Positions 26,601 through 35,847 are shown, numbered from the stretch's first letter. The stretch: 64,000 nt of DNA from Oscillospiraceae bacterium (GCA_017435965.1 JAFSEA010000046.1:2974-66973); one strand, 5' to 3'. Made by a program: numbers and translations. Notes: generated by a model not told the origin, from the letters alone.

Positions 26601-29600
26601 ACCCTCAATGGCGGTGGGGAGCGTGAGCTTGCCACAATTTCCTTTGACATTCCCGAAATTATGGTAAAGGGCGATGGCGGACTTATCGCACCCATAGGAA
26701 CAATGAGTGACGGTACTGCCTTCTCCGTAAAAGACGGATATATTTTCTCAAGCGATAACGAAGATGTGCTTTATGTAAACCGTGAAACGGGAGAATATAC
26801 TGCAAGTGGTGCAGGTGTTGCAACGGTTACCGTTTCTTATGATATCGGAAGAATGATAACCTCCGAGAAAAAGGTTGAGGTTATTGAAGGCGCGGCGGCA
26901 GGCAAGCTGTTTATCTATGATTTTGCAGAAGCAATCCCCGAATATGGAACAGATAAGGCATTTTCCGAGCTTTCAAGCGATGATGCGAGCGGTGCATATC
27001 AATTTGCATCGGCAAGTCAGAGTGGAGTGGGTACTCAGATTCAATACAGAGACACATTCATAAATCTTGGAAAAGGTGAATGGTTCGCCTTTGAAATTGA
27101 CATCCCCGTATCGGGAATATATTCGATAAATCAGAGATATGGCAAATACAACAACTCAACGGGTGCTCTTGAAGCATACATTATTCCGAAAAACGGAAAC
27201 TTTGATATCAGCACCATCAATAACCTTGATGCAACCGGCACACAGAGCTGTTTTGACGGTGATGCATCCGAATATTCGGAAAGTGCAACAGTTTCCGACT
27301 TCGGAGTAGATTTCTTCGAGGCTGGCAAATACTATGTTGTTTACAAGGCTAAATATGGTAGAGCAATGTTTGGAAATCTCATACTTGACGGAAGAAACAC
27401 ATTCAAGAAGCTCATTGTATCTGCTCCGAAGAGTATAGGCGTTGGTGAGCGTGTTGAAATAGGCATAGAGGCAAAGTCTCTTGATATGACAACAATCGAC
27501 ATAGAAACCCTCAATTTGAAGAGTCTTTCATCTGTTCAATTTGCCCTTACAACAGAAATCGGTGACAACAACGAATGTTTTGTCTATGGTGAAAATGAGG
27601 GTGCTTCCGAGATTACAATCACGGCAGATGACGGTGAATTCTCCGATTCAAAGACAGTTGAGATTAAAGTAATTGACTCAAGTGAAGTTCAAAATGTCGA
27701 AATTGATATTTCCGATTATATCTATGTGAGAGCTTCCGAAAACATCAAATTTATCGCTCATATGGGAAGCGGAAAGACTATAGAAATACCGGATGAGACC
27801 TATGAAATCATAGCATCGGAGCCTGAAGGTGCAGGTGTGGTTTCGGGAAATTCCATTACCGGAAATGCAGAAGGAAAGATAACTTTAAAGGCAAGTGCAG
27901 ATTTCAAGGGTGAAATGAGAACTGCCGAAAAGGAAATAGACATTCTTGAGGGAATGTCAAAGCAGGCTCCCACATACTACACCTATGAGATGCGCGAAAA
28001 CGTTAAAAAGAATACCGAAAAGTATTCCTGGGTACGAAGTGAAGTAAATGCGAAAAAAGCAGATGCCGACATCGCTTTAGAGAACCTTGACGCATATTAC
28101 GATATGATAATCGGTGAGGGAATTCCGAGATCAAGAAGTATGAAGACGAAAGGTCATCCCGAAATTGATAATTGTCCTTACTGCGGAGAATATTATCAAT
28201 TTGCGTGGAAATATGATTTTCTCAATCGTCCGTGGAAGGCTCAGTGCCCGGGTTGCAAACGTTTCTTCCCTTCAAATGATTTTGAAAGCTTTATGAAGCT
28301 GGGACTTGATGAACAGAAATATTACGATGTTGACAGAGCAAGACAAGCACATCACGAGATGCTTTTTCACAAGGGCGGAGAAGAATGTACCTGTGAGAAA
28401 CCCGAAACGCCCTATTCCGAAGAGTGGTATGAGTTCTACGGATATGGAAATGAGGAAGGATATCTCTACAACAAGCTTTATAAAGAAGTCGGAAGCGAAA
28501 ATTCAAGTGTGGAGCTCCTTCCCAGCGAAAAGGCCGAGCGCTGGTGCGTTGATGACGGCTTCGGATACTACACAGGAAGAGTTTTCAATACAGGCGTAAA
28601 GGAAATGTATTGCCCGATAGCATTATATAACTATTCTTTGTTACCGGGAATTTCAAACAGAATAAGCTCCCTCGGAATGGCTTATGTATACACGGGAGAG
28701 ACAAAATACGGCGTTGCGGCGGCAATACTTTTAGACCGACTGGCAGACGTTTACCCGAGCCATGATGCCGATTCCTTTGACACCGGTGCATTCCAGATAA
28801 CAGATGGAGGAACGGGAAAAGGAAAAATACAGGGTCTTATTCAGGATGCATATTTCGCAAAGGGCTTTGCTCTGCGTATCGATGAGGTGTTCCCCATCCT
28901 CAAGGATGAGGCCGCCTGCAATCAGGTTATTCAGTATCTGAGCCCGAAAGCAGATGCAATGGGTCTTGAAAATAAGAAGAAAACCGCAGAGGATATATGG
29001 AGAAACTGGGAAGAGAATATTCTTCTTGAGAATTTTGAGGCGGCAAAGCTTTATAAGGTCGGAGGTAACTTCGGCACATACCAGGCTGCCATTGCGGCAA
29101 CTGCGCTTGTTCTTGACAAGAAGCCCGAATCCGATGAGATGATGGATTGGTGCTTCAGAAGCGGTGGAGTTGTTTATCCCCAGAACAGCGAAACGGGAAC
29201 CTACTACAACACAGGTGGAAACATCAATGCCCAGATTGTTGATGAAGTTGACCGTGACGGTCTGGGAACAGAATCCTCCGCAAGCTACAACTGTATGTGG
29301 TGGGAAAAGCTTATAAATATTGCAGAAATGTCTGCAAAATACGGTGATCCGAAATATGATCTTTATCAGAATGTAAAGTTCCTCAAAATGCTGGAGGCAT
29401 TTTCCGATCTCGTAATGACAAACTCCCACACAGTTCATATCGGTGACTGTTCTTCGGGTATCGCATCAGCTACACTCCTCGGAAATGTAAAGCTTCTCTC
29501 CACGATATTCCCGTATGTAAAATACACACCTATGGCTGAAAAGATTGCAAAGTATATAGCATTATATTACAACTACAATCTTGACGGCTTCAGAGAAAGT

Positions 29601-32165
29601 GTTTTTGCGGAAAATCCGGAAGGTCTCGGCGAGGAGATTATGAGCTTTGTCGAAAATGAAGACGGATTCACGGAAAGCAAAATGCTTGCAGGATATGGCT
29701 TCTCGGTGCTTCGTGCAGGTAAGAATTATAAATCCGTGAGCGATTCAACCGAAAATAATAACCTCCGTGACTTCTGGATTTACTTTGGTGGTGCTCAGTC
29801 TCACAGACACCTTGATGCACTCAATCTCGGTATCGAGGCATATGGTCTCAACATAGCTCCCGACCTTGCATACCCCGTAGATGCCACAGTAAATGCAGAG
29901 CGTATGCAATGGACGAGCACAACCCTTTCTCATAACACCGTAACCGTTGACGGACAGCAGCAGAAGAACATCACTCTCCCCGGAAAACCGTTACATTTTG
30001 ATGATTCGGGCATGGTAAAGGTTCTTGATACATCTGTTCCGGAAGTATATGAGGCAACATCGGAATACAGACGAACGGTTGTTATGATTGAAGCGGACGA
30101 CGACATAAGCTATGGCGTTGACTTCTTCCGTGTCGTTGGCGGAAATGAGCATATCTACAGCTTCCACGCACTCAGCGGTGACGATGCCTCCGTTGTTGAC
30201 GGACTCACACTTGTTCCGCAGGTTGATGAGCCGCAGAGTGACTGGACAAGTGAAGACACAAGCTCCTATGCAGGTGCTGACATCAAATACGGTCCTGACC
30301 CGAATCCCATGAAAGACTACAACTACGTCACATATTATCCGAGAGGAACAACGTGGCTCCGCGATGTACGTCGCTCCGATGATGTTGTAAATGACTTTAC
30401 GGCTGATTTCAAGATAACAGACTATAACCGTGTGATAAAGGACAACAAGGATATTCACTTAAGCCTCACAATGGTAAACGATTTTGAGCTTTCTGAGGTT
30501 GCATTTGCAAAGGGTAAAGTTCCTGAAAGAGCAACCAACAAGAATATTCCTTCACACCTTGAGTATATGCTCGCAAAGCGTGAAGGAAAGAACCTCGACA
30601 GCTTGTTTACCGCAGTATATCAGCCGTATAAGAAGGAAGCATATATATCATCGGTTGAACAGATTGTCCCTGAGATAATCAGCGGAACAGAGAAAAACGG
30701 CGATATCGCAAAGGCTGTAAAGGTTACCCACACAAACGGCAGGGTTGATTATATCATCTATGCCACAAACGATGAAGTAACGTATCAGCTTGAAAACAAC
30801 GAAGCTCTGACATTCAGCGGTTTTGTGGGCGTATGGACATTAAATGCAAACCGTGAGATTACATATTCCTATGTCCTTGGCGGAGAAGGCGATGTAACAG
30901 GAAAGATTTCAGGCTTCACGGAAGGGCTCTCCACCAATAACTACATTGATATAACACCGGATAAGGCAGTTTCCCCTGAAAGTCTTGCAGGAAAGTATAT
31001 CTTTATTGAGCACGATGGAGTGGGAAATGCCGCATATGAAATACTTTCCGCAGAAAAGAAAGCAGATGGAGATATCCGTCTTGATATCGGAACAGTAACA
31101 ACAGTTCGCAAGTATATGGATGCAAAGGATTTCGACAAGGGTTATGAATATAACATTGCAAAGAAACAGAAGTTTGTGATTTCAATGCCTGTCATATCGG
31201 ATTCGGCTCCCGTATTTGAAACATATGACGGTGGCGTTGCCGGCGTAAATAGTATATACGAGAGAAAGTTTACGGCAACAAGCTCACTGTCGGGAACAGA
31301 AATTGAGTATATCGGAAGAACTCTCCCGAGAGGTGCCACCATTGATTCGGAAACGGGACTCTTCACATGGAAACCCGCTTCTTCGCAGGTTGGAGATAAC
31401 CACGTTGCCATAACTGCAAGAGATTCTGACGGACGTGAAACAACCATACATATCACCATAACGGTTTACGGTTCAACCTCCGGCGGAAGCATCGGCGGTG
31501 CAGGTAGCGGTGGAACAGGCACGACCACAATACCTCCGGCTGAAAAGGAAGAAGAAAAAGAACCTTCAACCGATGTGGAAAACGGCGGTTCCGACGTTCC
31601 GCAAACTCCGGATTCGGAAAATGTCCGCTTCATAGACCTCGCCTCCCACGCATGGGCCGAGGATGCAATCAACTCTCTTGCAGATGAAGGCATTATAAAG
31701 GGCACAAGCGAAAATACCTTCTCTCCCGGAAACAACATAACAAGAGCAGACTTTGCAATTCTTCTTGTGCGTGCATTCAAGCTTTCTTCCGAAAACACAG
31801 AGAACTTCTCTGATGTCAAGGCTTCCGATTACTTTGCAAGTGAGCTTGCAATAGCACGAAATGAAGGACTTGTCGGCGGAATCGGTGATAATAAGTATGC
31901 ACCATACAACAACATCACCCGTCAGGATATGATGGTTATAGTTTACCGTGCACTTAAATCAATGGACAAACTTGTAGGGGTGGATATCATCCGCCCGGAA
32001 AACGAGGATTTTGAAGATGTAGCAGACTATGCAAAGGAAGCGGTTTCGGTCCTCATAGGTGCAGGTTTAGTCAACGGAAAGAACGGGAAAATCGCTCCCA
32101 CCGACTTCACAACCCGCGCAGAAGTTGCGGTACTTATCAAACGTATTCTCGAATATACCAAGTAA
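23637..32165 (+). CDS. Giant SLH-anchored heparinase II/III-type surface protein, paralog C (2842 aa)
   Basis: RBS GGAGGAG; signal peptide MKRFISTLLVLCMVCSFVPTIGA. Five unassigned modules alternate with Ig-like domains. Core carries CPYC...CPGC, HRHLDALNLG, PDLAYP and SHNTVTVDGQQQ. Ends with a He_PIG-like domain, a Gly-rich linker and three SLH repeats. Confidence 0.9.
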   Translation: MKRFISTLLVLCMVCSFVPTIGAEPAEASKSGISVVYDWGTQMKTETENDPAPLKDAAFLSQFTFDSSHNLWKYDSQQSWSTVTWRYGNYVQFNRSGGGLWMVFEIYVPKTGMYTLEQKYAKFGGSQSDINVYMIPKENGAAFTTADMKDANKVLTLDCKGTSGGIVGDIATTDKELSSGYYYVAYLQVKTADGTNVALFGDLTLNGGEGKAVTEITSVSAPAEVKVGATGSVTAEVYYSDLTSGSATAGDVTYESDNTDVLEINEATGAYTAKASGVATVTAKSGILQKSIEITVGDVERSGISAVYDWGKQMNPGSDNGSLKDTTFLSQFTFDRSHNLWKYDSQQSWATVTWRYGDYVQFNRGGGGLWMVFEIYVPKKGAYTLRQKYAKFGGSQSDINVYMIPKENGAAFTTADMKDANKVLTLDCKGTSGGITGDTETTVKELREGNYYVAYLQVKTADGTNVALFGDLTLNGGSGKVATSINSVSIPSDVRMGTTGTATAEVYYSDLTSGPGDNVTFESSAPDVLEINATTGAYTAKAGGVATVTATVGNISKSIEVKVGNVEKSGISVVYNYSAQMPLRTGNDTASVSDMEKFTFDSSHGLWAYAAYSGSDVRFRNKSTIQLNSNNYWVAMEGYVPKSGAYNIEQKYSTYPGSGTLDVYIIPKGDNTSYNASLINGVSPTLSQNCDGENGNFVALSTPAIKENVYLDAGYYYIVYKSNGGRAIFGNLTLNGGEGRELVDFEVVKPDFIAEGEAGEVSVVAYYSDATSENYAGEVSYATEDGDILNIDENGAYEAISSGTAVVTVEVGGLKKDVTFDIRGKSGITVIYDYAKELPLSSSRQTTEFDLGLFSFENSKGLWAYAGHNGGDIRFRNGKIFQLAEKNYWFVMEIYVPKSGMYNLEQEYTTYPGSGTLDVYVLPKGENTSYSDTLIKEKAPTFSQSCEGADKAFTALSEPSIKENVYFDNGYYYIVYKSNGGRAMFGNLTLNGGGERELATISFDIPEIMVKGDGGLIAPIGTMSDGTAFSVKDGYIFSSDNEDVLYVNRETGEYTASGAGVATVTVSYDIGRMITSEKKVEVIEGAAAGKLFIYDFAEAIPEYGTDKAFSELSSDDASGAYQFASASQSGVGTQIQYRDTFINLGKGEWFAFEIDIPVSGIYSINQRYGKYNNSTGALEAYIIPKNGNFDISTINNLDATGTQSCFDGDASEYSESATVSDFGVDFFEAGKYYVVYKAKYGRAMFGNLILDGRNTFKKLIVSAPKSIGVGERVEIGIEAKSLDMTTIDIETLNLKSLSSVQFALTTEIGDNNECFVYGENEGASEITITADDGEFSDSKTVEIKVIDSSEVQNVEIDISDYIYVRASENIKFIAHMGSGKTIEIPDETYEIIASEPEGAGVVSGNSITGNAEGKITLKASADFKGEMRTAEKEIDILEGMSKQAPTYYTYEMRENVKKNTEKYSWVRSEVNAKKADADIALENLDAYYDMIIGEGIPRSRSMKTKGHPEIDNCPYCGEYYQFAWKYDFLNRPWKAQCPGCKRFFPSNDFESFMKLGLDEQKYYDVDRARQAHHEMLFHKGGEECTCEKPETPYSEEWYEFYGYGNEEGYLYNKLYKEVGSENSSVELLPSEKAERWCVDDGFGYYTGRVFNTGVKEMYCPIALYNYSLLPGISNRISSLGMAYVYTGETKYGVAAAILLDRLADVYPSHDADSFDTGAFQITDGGTGKGKIQGLIQDAYFAKGFALRIDEVFPILKDEAACNQVIQYLSPKADAMGLENKKKTAEDIWRNWEENILLENFEAAKLYKVGGNFGTYQAAIAATALVLDKKPESDEMMDWCFRSGGVVYPQNSETGTYYNTGGNINAQIVDEVDRDGLGTESSASYNCMWWEKLINIAEMSAKYGDPKYDLYQNVKFLKMLEAFSDLVMTNSHTVHIGDCSSGIASATLLGNVKLLSTIFPYVKYTPMAEKIAKYIALYYNYNLDGFRESVFAENPEGLGEEIMSFVENEDGFTESKMLAGYGFSVLRAGKNYKSVSDSTENNNLRDFWIYFGGAQSHRHLDALNLGIEAYGLNIAPDLAYPVDATVNAERMQWTSTTLSHNTVTVDGQQQKNITLPGKPLHFDDSGMVKVLDTSVPEVYEATSEYRRTVVMIEADDDISYGVDFFRVVGGNEHIYSFHALSGDDASVVDGLTLVPQVDEPQSDWTSEDTSSYAGADIKYGPDPNPMKDYNYVTYYPRGTTWLRDVRRSDDVVNDFTADFKITDYNRVIKDNKDIHLSLTMVNDFELSEVAFAKGKVPERATNKNIPSHLEYMLAKREGKNLDSLFTAVYQPYKKEAYISSVEQIVPEIISGTEKNGDIAKAVKVTHTNGRVDYIIYATNDEVTYQLENNEALTFSGFVGVWTLNANREITYSYVLGGEGDVTGKISGFTEGLSTNNYIDITPDKAVSPESLAGKYIFIEHDGVGNAAYEILSAEKKADGDIRLDIGTVTTVRKYMDAKDFDKGYEYNIAKKQKFVISMPVISDSAPVFETYDGGVAGVNSIYERKFTATSSLSGTEIEYIGRTLPRGATIDSETGLFTWKPASSQVGDNHVAITARDSDGRETTIHITITVYGSTSGGSIGGAGSGGTGTTTIPPAEKEEEKEPSTDVENGGSDVPQTPDSENVRFIDLASHAWAEDAINSLADEGIIKGTSENTFSPGNNITRADFAILLVRAFKLSSENTENFSDVKASDYFASELAIARNEGLVGGIGDNKYAPYNNITRQDMMVIVYRALKSMDKLVGVDIIRPENEDFEDVADYAKEAVSVLIGAGLVNGKNGKIAPTDFTTRAEVAVLIKRILEYTK
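23724..27393 (+). repeat. Tandem array of five (unassigned ~190-aa module + Ig-like domain) units, period ~770-815 nt
   Basis: Unit starts are marked by KSGI[ST]V[VI]Y at about 23724, 24538, 25338 and 26107, with a diverged fifth at about 26893. Each module ends with FGNLTLNGG, FGDLTLNGG or FGNLILDG. Confidence 0.85.
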
Positions 32166-32191
32166 AAAATACATCCTCAGGAGGAAAAAAT

Positions 32192-32983
32192 ATGCAAATC
32201 GGAGCACAGCTTTATACTGCATATAACCACACAACAACGCTTGAAGATTTTAGCAAAACATTAAAGAAAGTAGCTGATATCGGATATAAGACTGTTCAAG
32301 TTTCGGGAACTTGTCCTTTTGAGCCGGAGTGGTTGCGTGAAGAGCTTTTGAAAAACGAGCTTAAGTGTGTTCTTACACACGTTTCTCCCATGAGTCTTAT
32401 TGAGGGAAATCTTGAAAAGATAATTGCAGACCATGCAGTATTCGGATGCAAGAATATAGGTATCGGAAGCCTTCCTCCGGGTGGCTCTGATCCCATTGAA
32501 AGATATGAGCTGTTTCGTGAAAAATTTGTTCCGATAGCAAAAGAAATGCGTGATCTCGGAGCAAAGCTTCATTACCACAATCACGATCAGGAATTCCGGG
32601 GCTGTTTTGCAGAAAAAAGTGTGCTCGACCGTATTTTAGAGGATTTTCCGGAAGATTCCATTGATTTCACACTTGATCTCGGTTGGGCAGCATGGGCAGA
32701 TGTGGATGTTGTCTCACTCATAAAGAAGCTCAACGGAAGACTTTCGAGAATCCATTTAAAAGATTATCTCGATGAAATTCCTGAAGGTATTGACGAAAAA
32801 GAGGTATACCTCCGTCCGATATATGAGGGAAAGCTTGATTATGATGCATACATAAAAACTCTTTCTGAAGCTGGCTGCGAATATATGCTTGTTGAGCAGG
32901 ATAGTTGTTATAACGAAGATGAATTTGAATGCCTCAGAAGAAGCTTTGTGAATGTAACAAGTCGATTCCCCGAAGTTAAGTAA
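32192..32983 (+). CDS. Sugar phosphate isomerase/epimerase (xylose isomerase-like TIM barrel)
   Basis: RBS AGGAGG, 26 nt after the stop of protein C. Family-like motifs include HYHNHDQEF, DLGWA and RIHLKDY. No signal peptide. Confidence 0.8.
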   Translation: MQIGAQLYTAYNHTTTLEDFSKTLKKVADIGYKTVQVSGTCPFEPEWLREELLKNELKCVLTHVSPMSLIEGNLEKIIADHAVFGCKNIGIGSLPPGGSDPIERYELFREKFVPIAKEMRDLGAKLHYHNHDQEFRGCFAEKSVLDRILEDFPEDSIDFTLDLGWAAWADVDVVSLIKKLNGRLSRIHLKDYLDEIPEGIDEKEVYLRPIYEGKLDYDAYIKTLSEAGCEYMLVEQDSCYNEDEFECLRRSFVNVTSRFPEVK

Positions 32984-33004
32984 TCGTAAGAAGGAGAGAG
33001 TATC

Positions 33005-33901
33005 TTGAAAAAGATTGACCTTCATTGTCACACTTATGCACCACAGGAAAATTCTTCTCGGTGTCTCAAAGAAGATGCCGAGAGAATATCCCCGGAGGAG
33101 CAGATAGAAATTTTTGATAAACTCAATGTGGAAAAAGGCGTTATCCTTCCGCTTATTACGGCTAAACATCCGGATGGACTCGCGGCAGTTGAAAACTGCA
33201 GATATATTGCGGATAAATACCCCGATCGCTTTTCGTGGTTCTGCAATATTGACCCACGCGCAGAAGGCTTTGATGAAAAAACCGATCTCGGTGAATATTT
33301 CGGGCGCTATAAAGAACTTGGTGCAAAGGGAGTGGGAGAAATTACCACTCCTCTTTATGCGGACAGCCCTCTTATGGATAACCTTTTTCATCATTGTGCC
33401 CGGTGCGATATGCCGGCTCTTATACATATCGGAACAACACCCCAAGAAAATTATGGCATCGTAGATGAAAAGGGACTGCCACGGATAGAAAAGATGCTGA
33501 AAAAACATAAAAATCTTCGCATAATCGGTCACTCTGCGGCGTTCTGGTGTGAGATTTCCGAAAATGGTTATCCCGAAGACAGAAACGACTATCCCAAGGG
33601 AAAAGTATCCGATGGTCGCCTTGCTTTTCTTTTCCGTGAATATGAAAATCTCTACTGTGATTTGTCTGCAGGAAGCGGCTCAAACGCAATGATGCGTGAC
33701 CGTGAGTATGCCGCAAAATTCCTCACGGAATTTGCCGACAGGATTTATTACGGAACAGATATGACAGGAAAAAGTCAGAAGTTCCCATATGTGTTTGACG
33801 ACTTTCTCACATCACTTCTTACCGACAAGATGATAAGTGATGTGGTTTATGAAAAAATAGTTTATAAAAATGCCGCAAAACTTCTGGGTATCCAAGGATA
33901 A
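33005..33901 (+). CDS. Amidohydrolase-family metal-dependent hydrolase (TIM barrel)
   Basis: TTG start with RBS AGGAGAG. N-terminal metal motif IDLHCHT, with later IHIG, IIGHSA and YYGTD. About 300 aa, no signal peptide. Confidence 0.65.
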   Translation: MKKIDLHCHTYAPQENSSRCLKEDAERISPEEQIEIFDKLNVEKGVILPLITAKHPDGLAAVENCRYIADKYPDRFSWFCNIDPRAEGFDEKTDLGEYFGRYKELGAKGVGEITTPLYADSPLMDNLFHHCARCDMPALIHIGTTPQENYGIVDEKGLPRIEKMLKKHKNLRIIGHSAAFWCEISENGYPEDRNDYPKGKVSDGRLAFLFREYENLYCDLSAGSGSNAMMRDREYAAKFLTEFADRIYYGTDMTGKSQKFPYVFDDFLTSLLTDKMISDVVYEKIVYKNAAKLLGIQG

Positions 33902-33915
33902 GGAGAATTTTAAAT

Positions 33916-35847
33916 ATGAAAATTATGGTTTGCCACGTAGGCTTAAATGAAACGGTGGAGTTTGCATCGGAAGAGCTTCGCCGATACCTTTACAAGATAG
34001 ACAAAACCATCGAAGTTGAAATCACCTCGTATGATACATATAATCCAACACGAAATGATGCCATTTGGCTCATTGTCGATCCGGCACTTGCACCTGAAGT
34101 TTCGGATCCTTCAATGGATGATGCTTTTCGCATTACTATAAACAACAACACAGGTATGATTGCAGGAACAAATCCCATATCGGTTCTTATCGGTGTGTAC
34201 AGTCTTCTTAAGAAACTTGGATGCAAATGGATTCGCCCCGGTCGTGACGGAGAAGTTATTGAAGAGAAGATACTCTCTCCTCTCAATTTCAATTATGAAG
34301 AAAAGGCGGCTTACCGTTTCAGGGGCATTGACCCTGCCGTAGGCACATCTCTTCAGAGAAACATTGACCTGATTGACTGGCTTCCCAAAGAGGGAATGAA
34401 CAACCATTTCAAAGAAATGCTTTCTCCTGAAAAGGGATATAAAAAATACAAGGAATATGAAGACTTTACCGACGAGGATTGCATGGCTACCTTCAAAACA
34501 ATCGTCCGTGAGATGAAAAAGAGAGGAATCAAACGTCATGGAGTGGGTCACGGTTGGCATATGGAAGCAATCGGATTTCACGATCATTCAGATTGCTGGA
34601 AACTTTCTGATGATGACCTCACCGAAGAGCAACATTCAATGCTTGCTCTCCGTGACGGAAAGCGCAATCTGTATCTCGGTCGCAACCTTTTCGGCACACA
34701 GCTCTGCTATTCTCAGGATAAAATCCGTGATTCAATCGTAGGGCAGATTGTGGATTATCTCGGGGAGCATCCCGAGATTGATTATCTGCATTTCTGGCTT
34801 GCAGACGGTTGTAACAACCATTGCGAATGTGAGGAATGTCAGAAACACAGACCATCAGACTGGTATGTAATGATGCTTAACGACCTTGACAGACGTCTTA
34901 CGGAAGAAGGAATCAAGTCACGGGTTGTTTGCCTTATTTATGTTGACCTTTTGTGGGAGCCTGTTGAGTTTTCAATAAACAATCCCGACAGATTCATTCT
35001 TATGTTTGCGCCCATCACAAGAGAGTATGATACAAGCTATTCAGATTTTGATAAGCCTGCCGAGAAGATGCCTTATGTCCGCAATAAGCTTGTTTGGCCG
35101 GCTTCTGCAGCTGAAAATATCGCATATCTCCGTGATTGGCAGGAAAAGCAGATTAAAGGCGATTCATTCCTCTTTGATTATCATCTTATGTGGAATCAGT
35201 ATAAAGACCCAAGCTTCCGCAATGTTTCAAGAGTTGTTTATGAAGATATGTATAACCTCAAAAACCTTGGACTCGGCGGAAATATATCCTGCGAAGTATT
35301 CACAGGTCAGATTCCCAATGATTTCCCCAGAAGAATTATGGCAAGAACACTCTGGAACAGAGATGTTGACTATTACGAAGAAGAAAAACAGTGCTACGAG
35401 GAAACTTACGGATCGGGTGCAGACAAAGCAGCCGAATATCTTGCAAAGCTTGCAGATGTATTCTCTTTAATGTATCGCTATTATAAAGAACCCGAAAACA
35501 CACGTGAAGAACAGAAGGCATTTGCCGCAAATGTTGAAAAAATTGTAAATGACTTTAAGCCTGTAATCAAAAAGTACCTTGAGGCTGACCTTCCCCGTGC
35601 TCAGCACATTTCCTGGGAGCTTCTTGATGCACAGACGGAATATAACATTGAGCTTGCACGGGCATATTGCGCAAAATACATCGGTGAAGAGAAAACTGCG
35701 GATGAGCATCTTGAGAAGTTCAATAAAATCTGCGACGATATTGACGAAAAATATGGCTACTACTTCAATGCCAATCAGGCAAAGTATTCCATAAAACAAT
35801 TTTACAATGAGATAACAAGAGAGGGTCCCAGAGTTATTATTCAATAA
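33916..35847 (+). CDS. DUF4838-like putative glycoside-hydrolase-related protein, copy 1
   Basis: The N-terminus FASEELRRYLYKI resembles the GH20b/GH67N-like lead-in of DUF4838 proteins. Conserved block HFWLADGCNNHCECEECQKHRPSDWYVMMLNDLD. Paralog of 40088-42031. Family assignment is from memory. Confidence 0.55.
   Translation: MKIMVCHVGLNETVEFASEELRRYLYKIDKTIEVEITSYDTYNPTRNDAIWLIVDPALAPEVSDPSMDDAFRITINNNTGMIAGTNPISVLIGVYSLLKKLGCKWIRPGRDGEVIEEKILSPLNFNYEEKAAYRFRGIDPAVGTSLQRNIDLIDWLPKEGMNNHFKEMLSPEKGYKKYKEYEDFTDEDCMATFKTIVREMKKRGIKRHGVGHGWHMEAIGFHDHSDCWKLSDDDLTEEQHSMLALRDGKRNLYLGRNLFGTQLCYSQDKIRDSIVGQIVDYLGEHPEIDYLHFWLADGCNNHCECEECQKHRPSDWYVMMLNDLDRRLTEEGIKSRVVCLIYVDLLWEPVEFSINNPDRFILMFAPITREYDTSYSDFDKPAEKMPYVRNKLVWPASAAENIAYLRDWQEKQIKGDSFLFDYHLMWNQYKDPSFRNVSRVVYEDMYNLKNLGLGGNISCEVFTGQIPNDFPRRIMARTLWNRDVDYYEEEKQCYEETYGSGADKAAEYLAKLADVFSLMYRYYKEPENTREEQKAFAANVEKIVNDFKPVIKKYLEADLPRAQHISWELLDAQTEYNIELARAYCAKYIGEEKTADEHLEKFNKICDDIDEKYGYYFNANQAKYSIKQFYNEITREGPRVIIQ

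Noticed and set aside
23724-27393. The ~800-nt periodic repeats as a non-coding VNTR or CRISPR-like array
   Set aside because: The period is far too long. The copies are only about 60-90 percent identical and are in frame within one continuous ORF, so they are protein-domain repeats.
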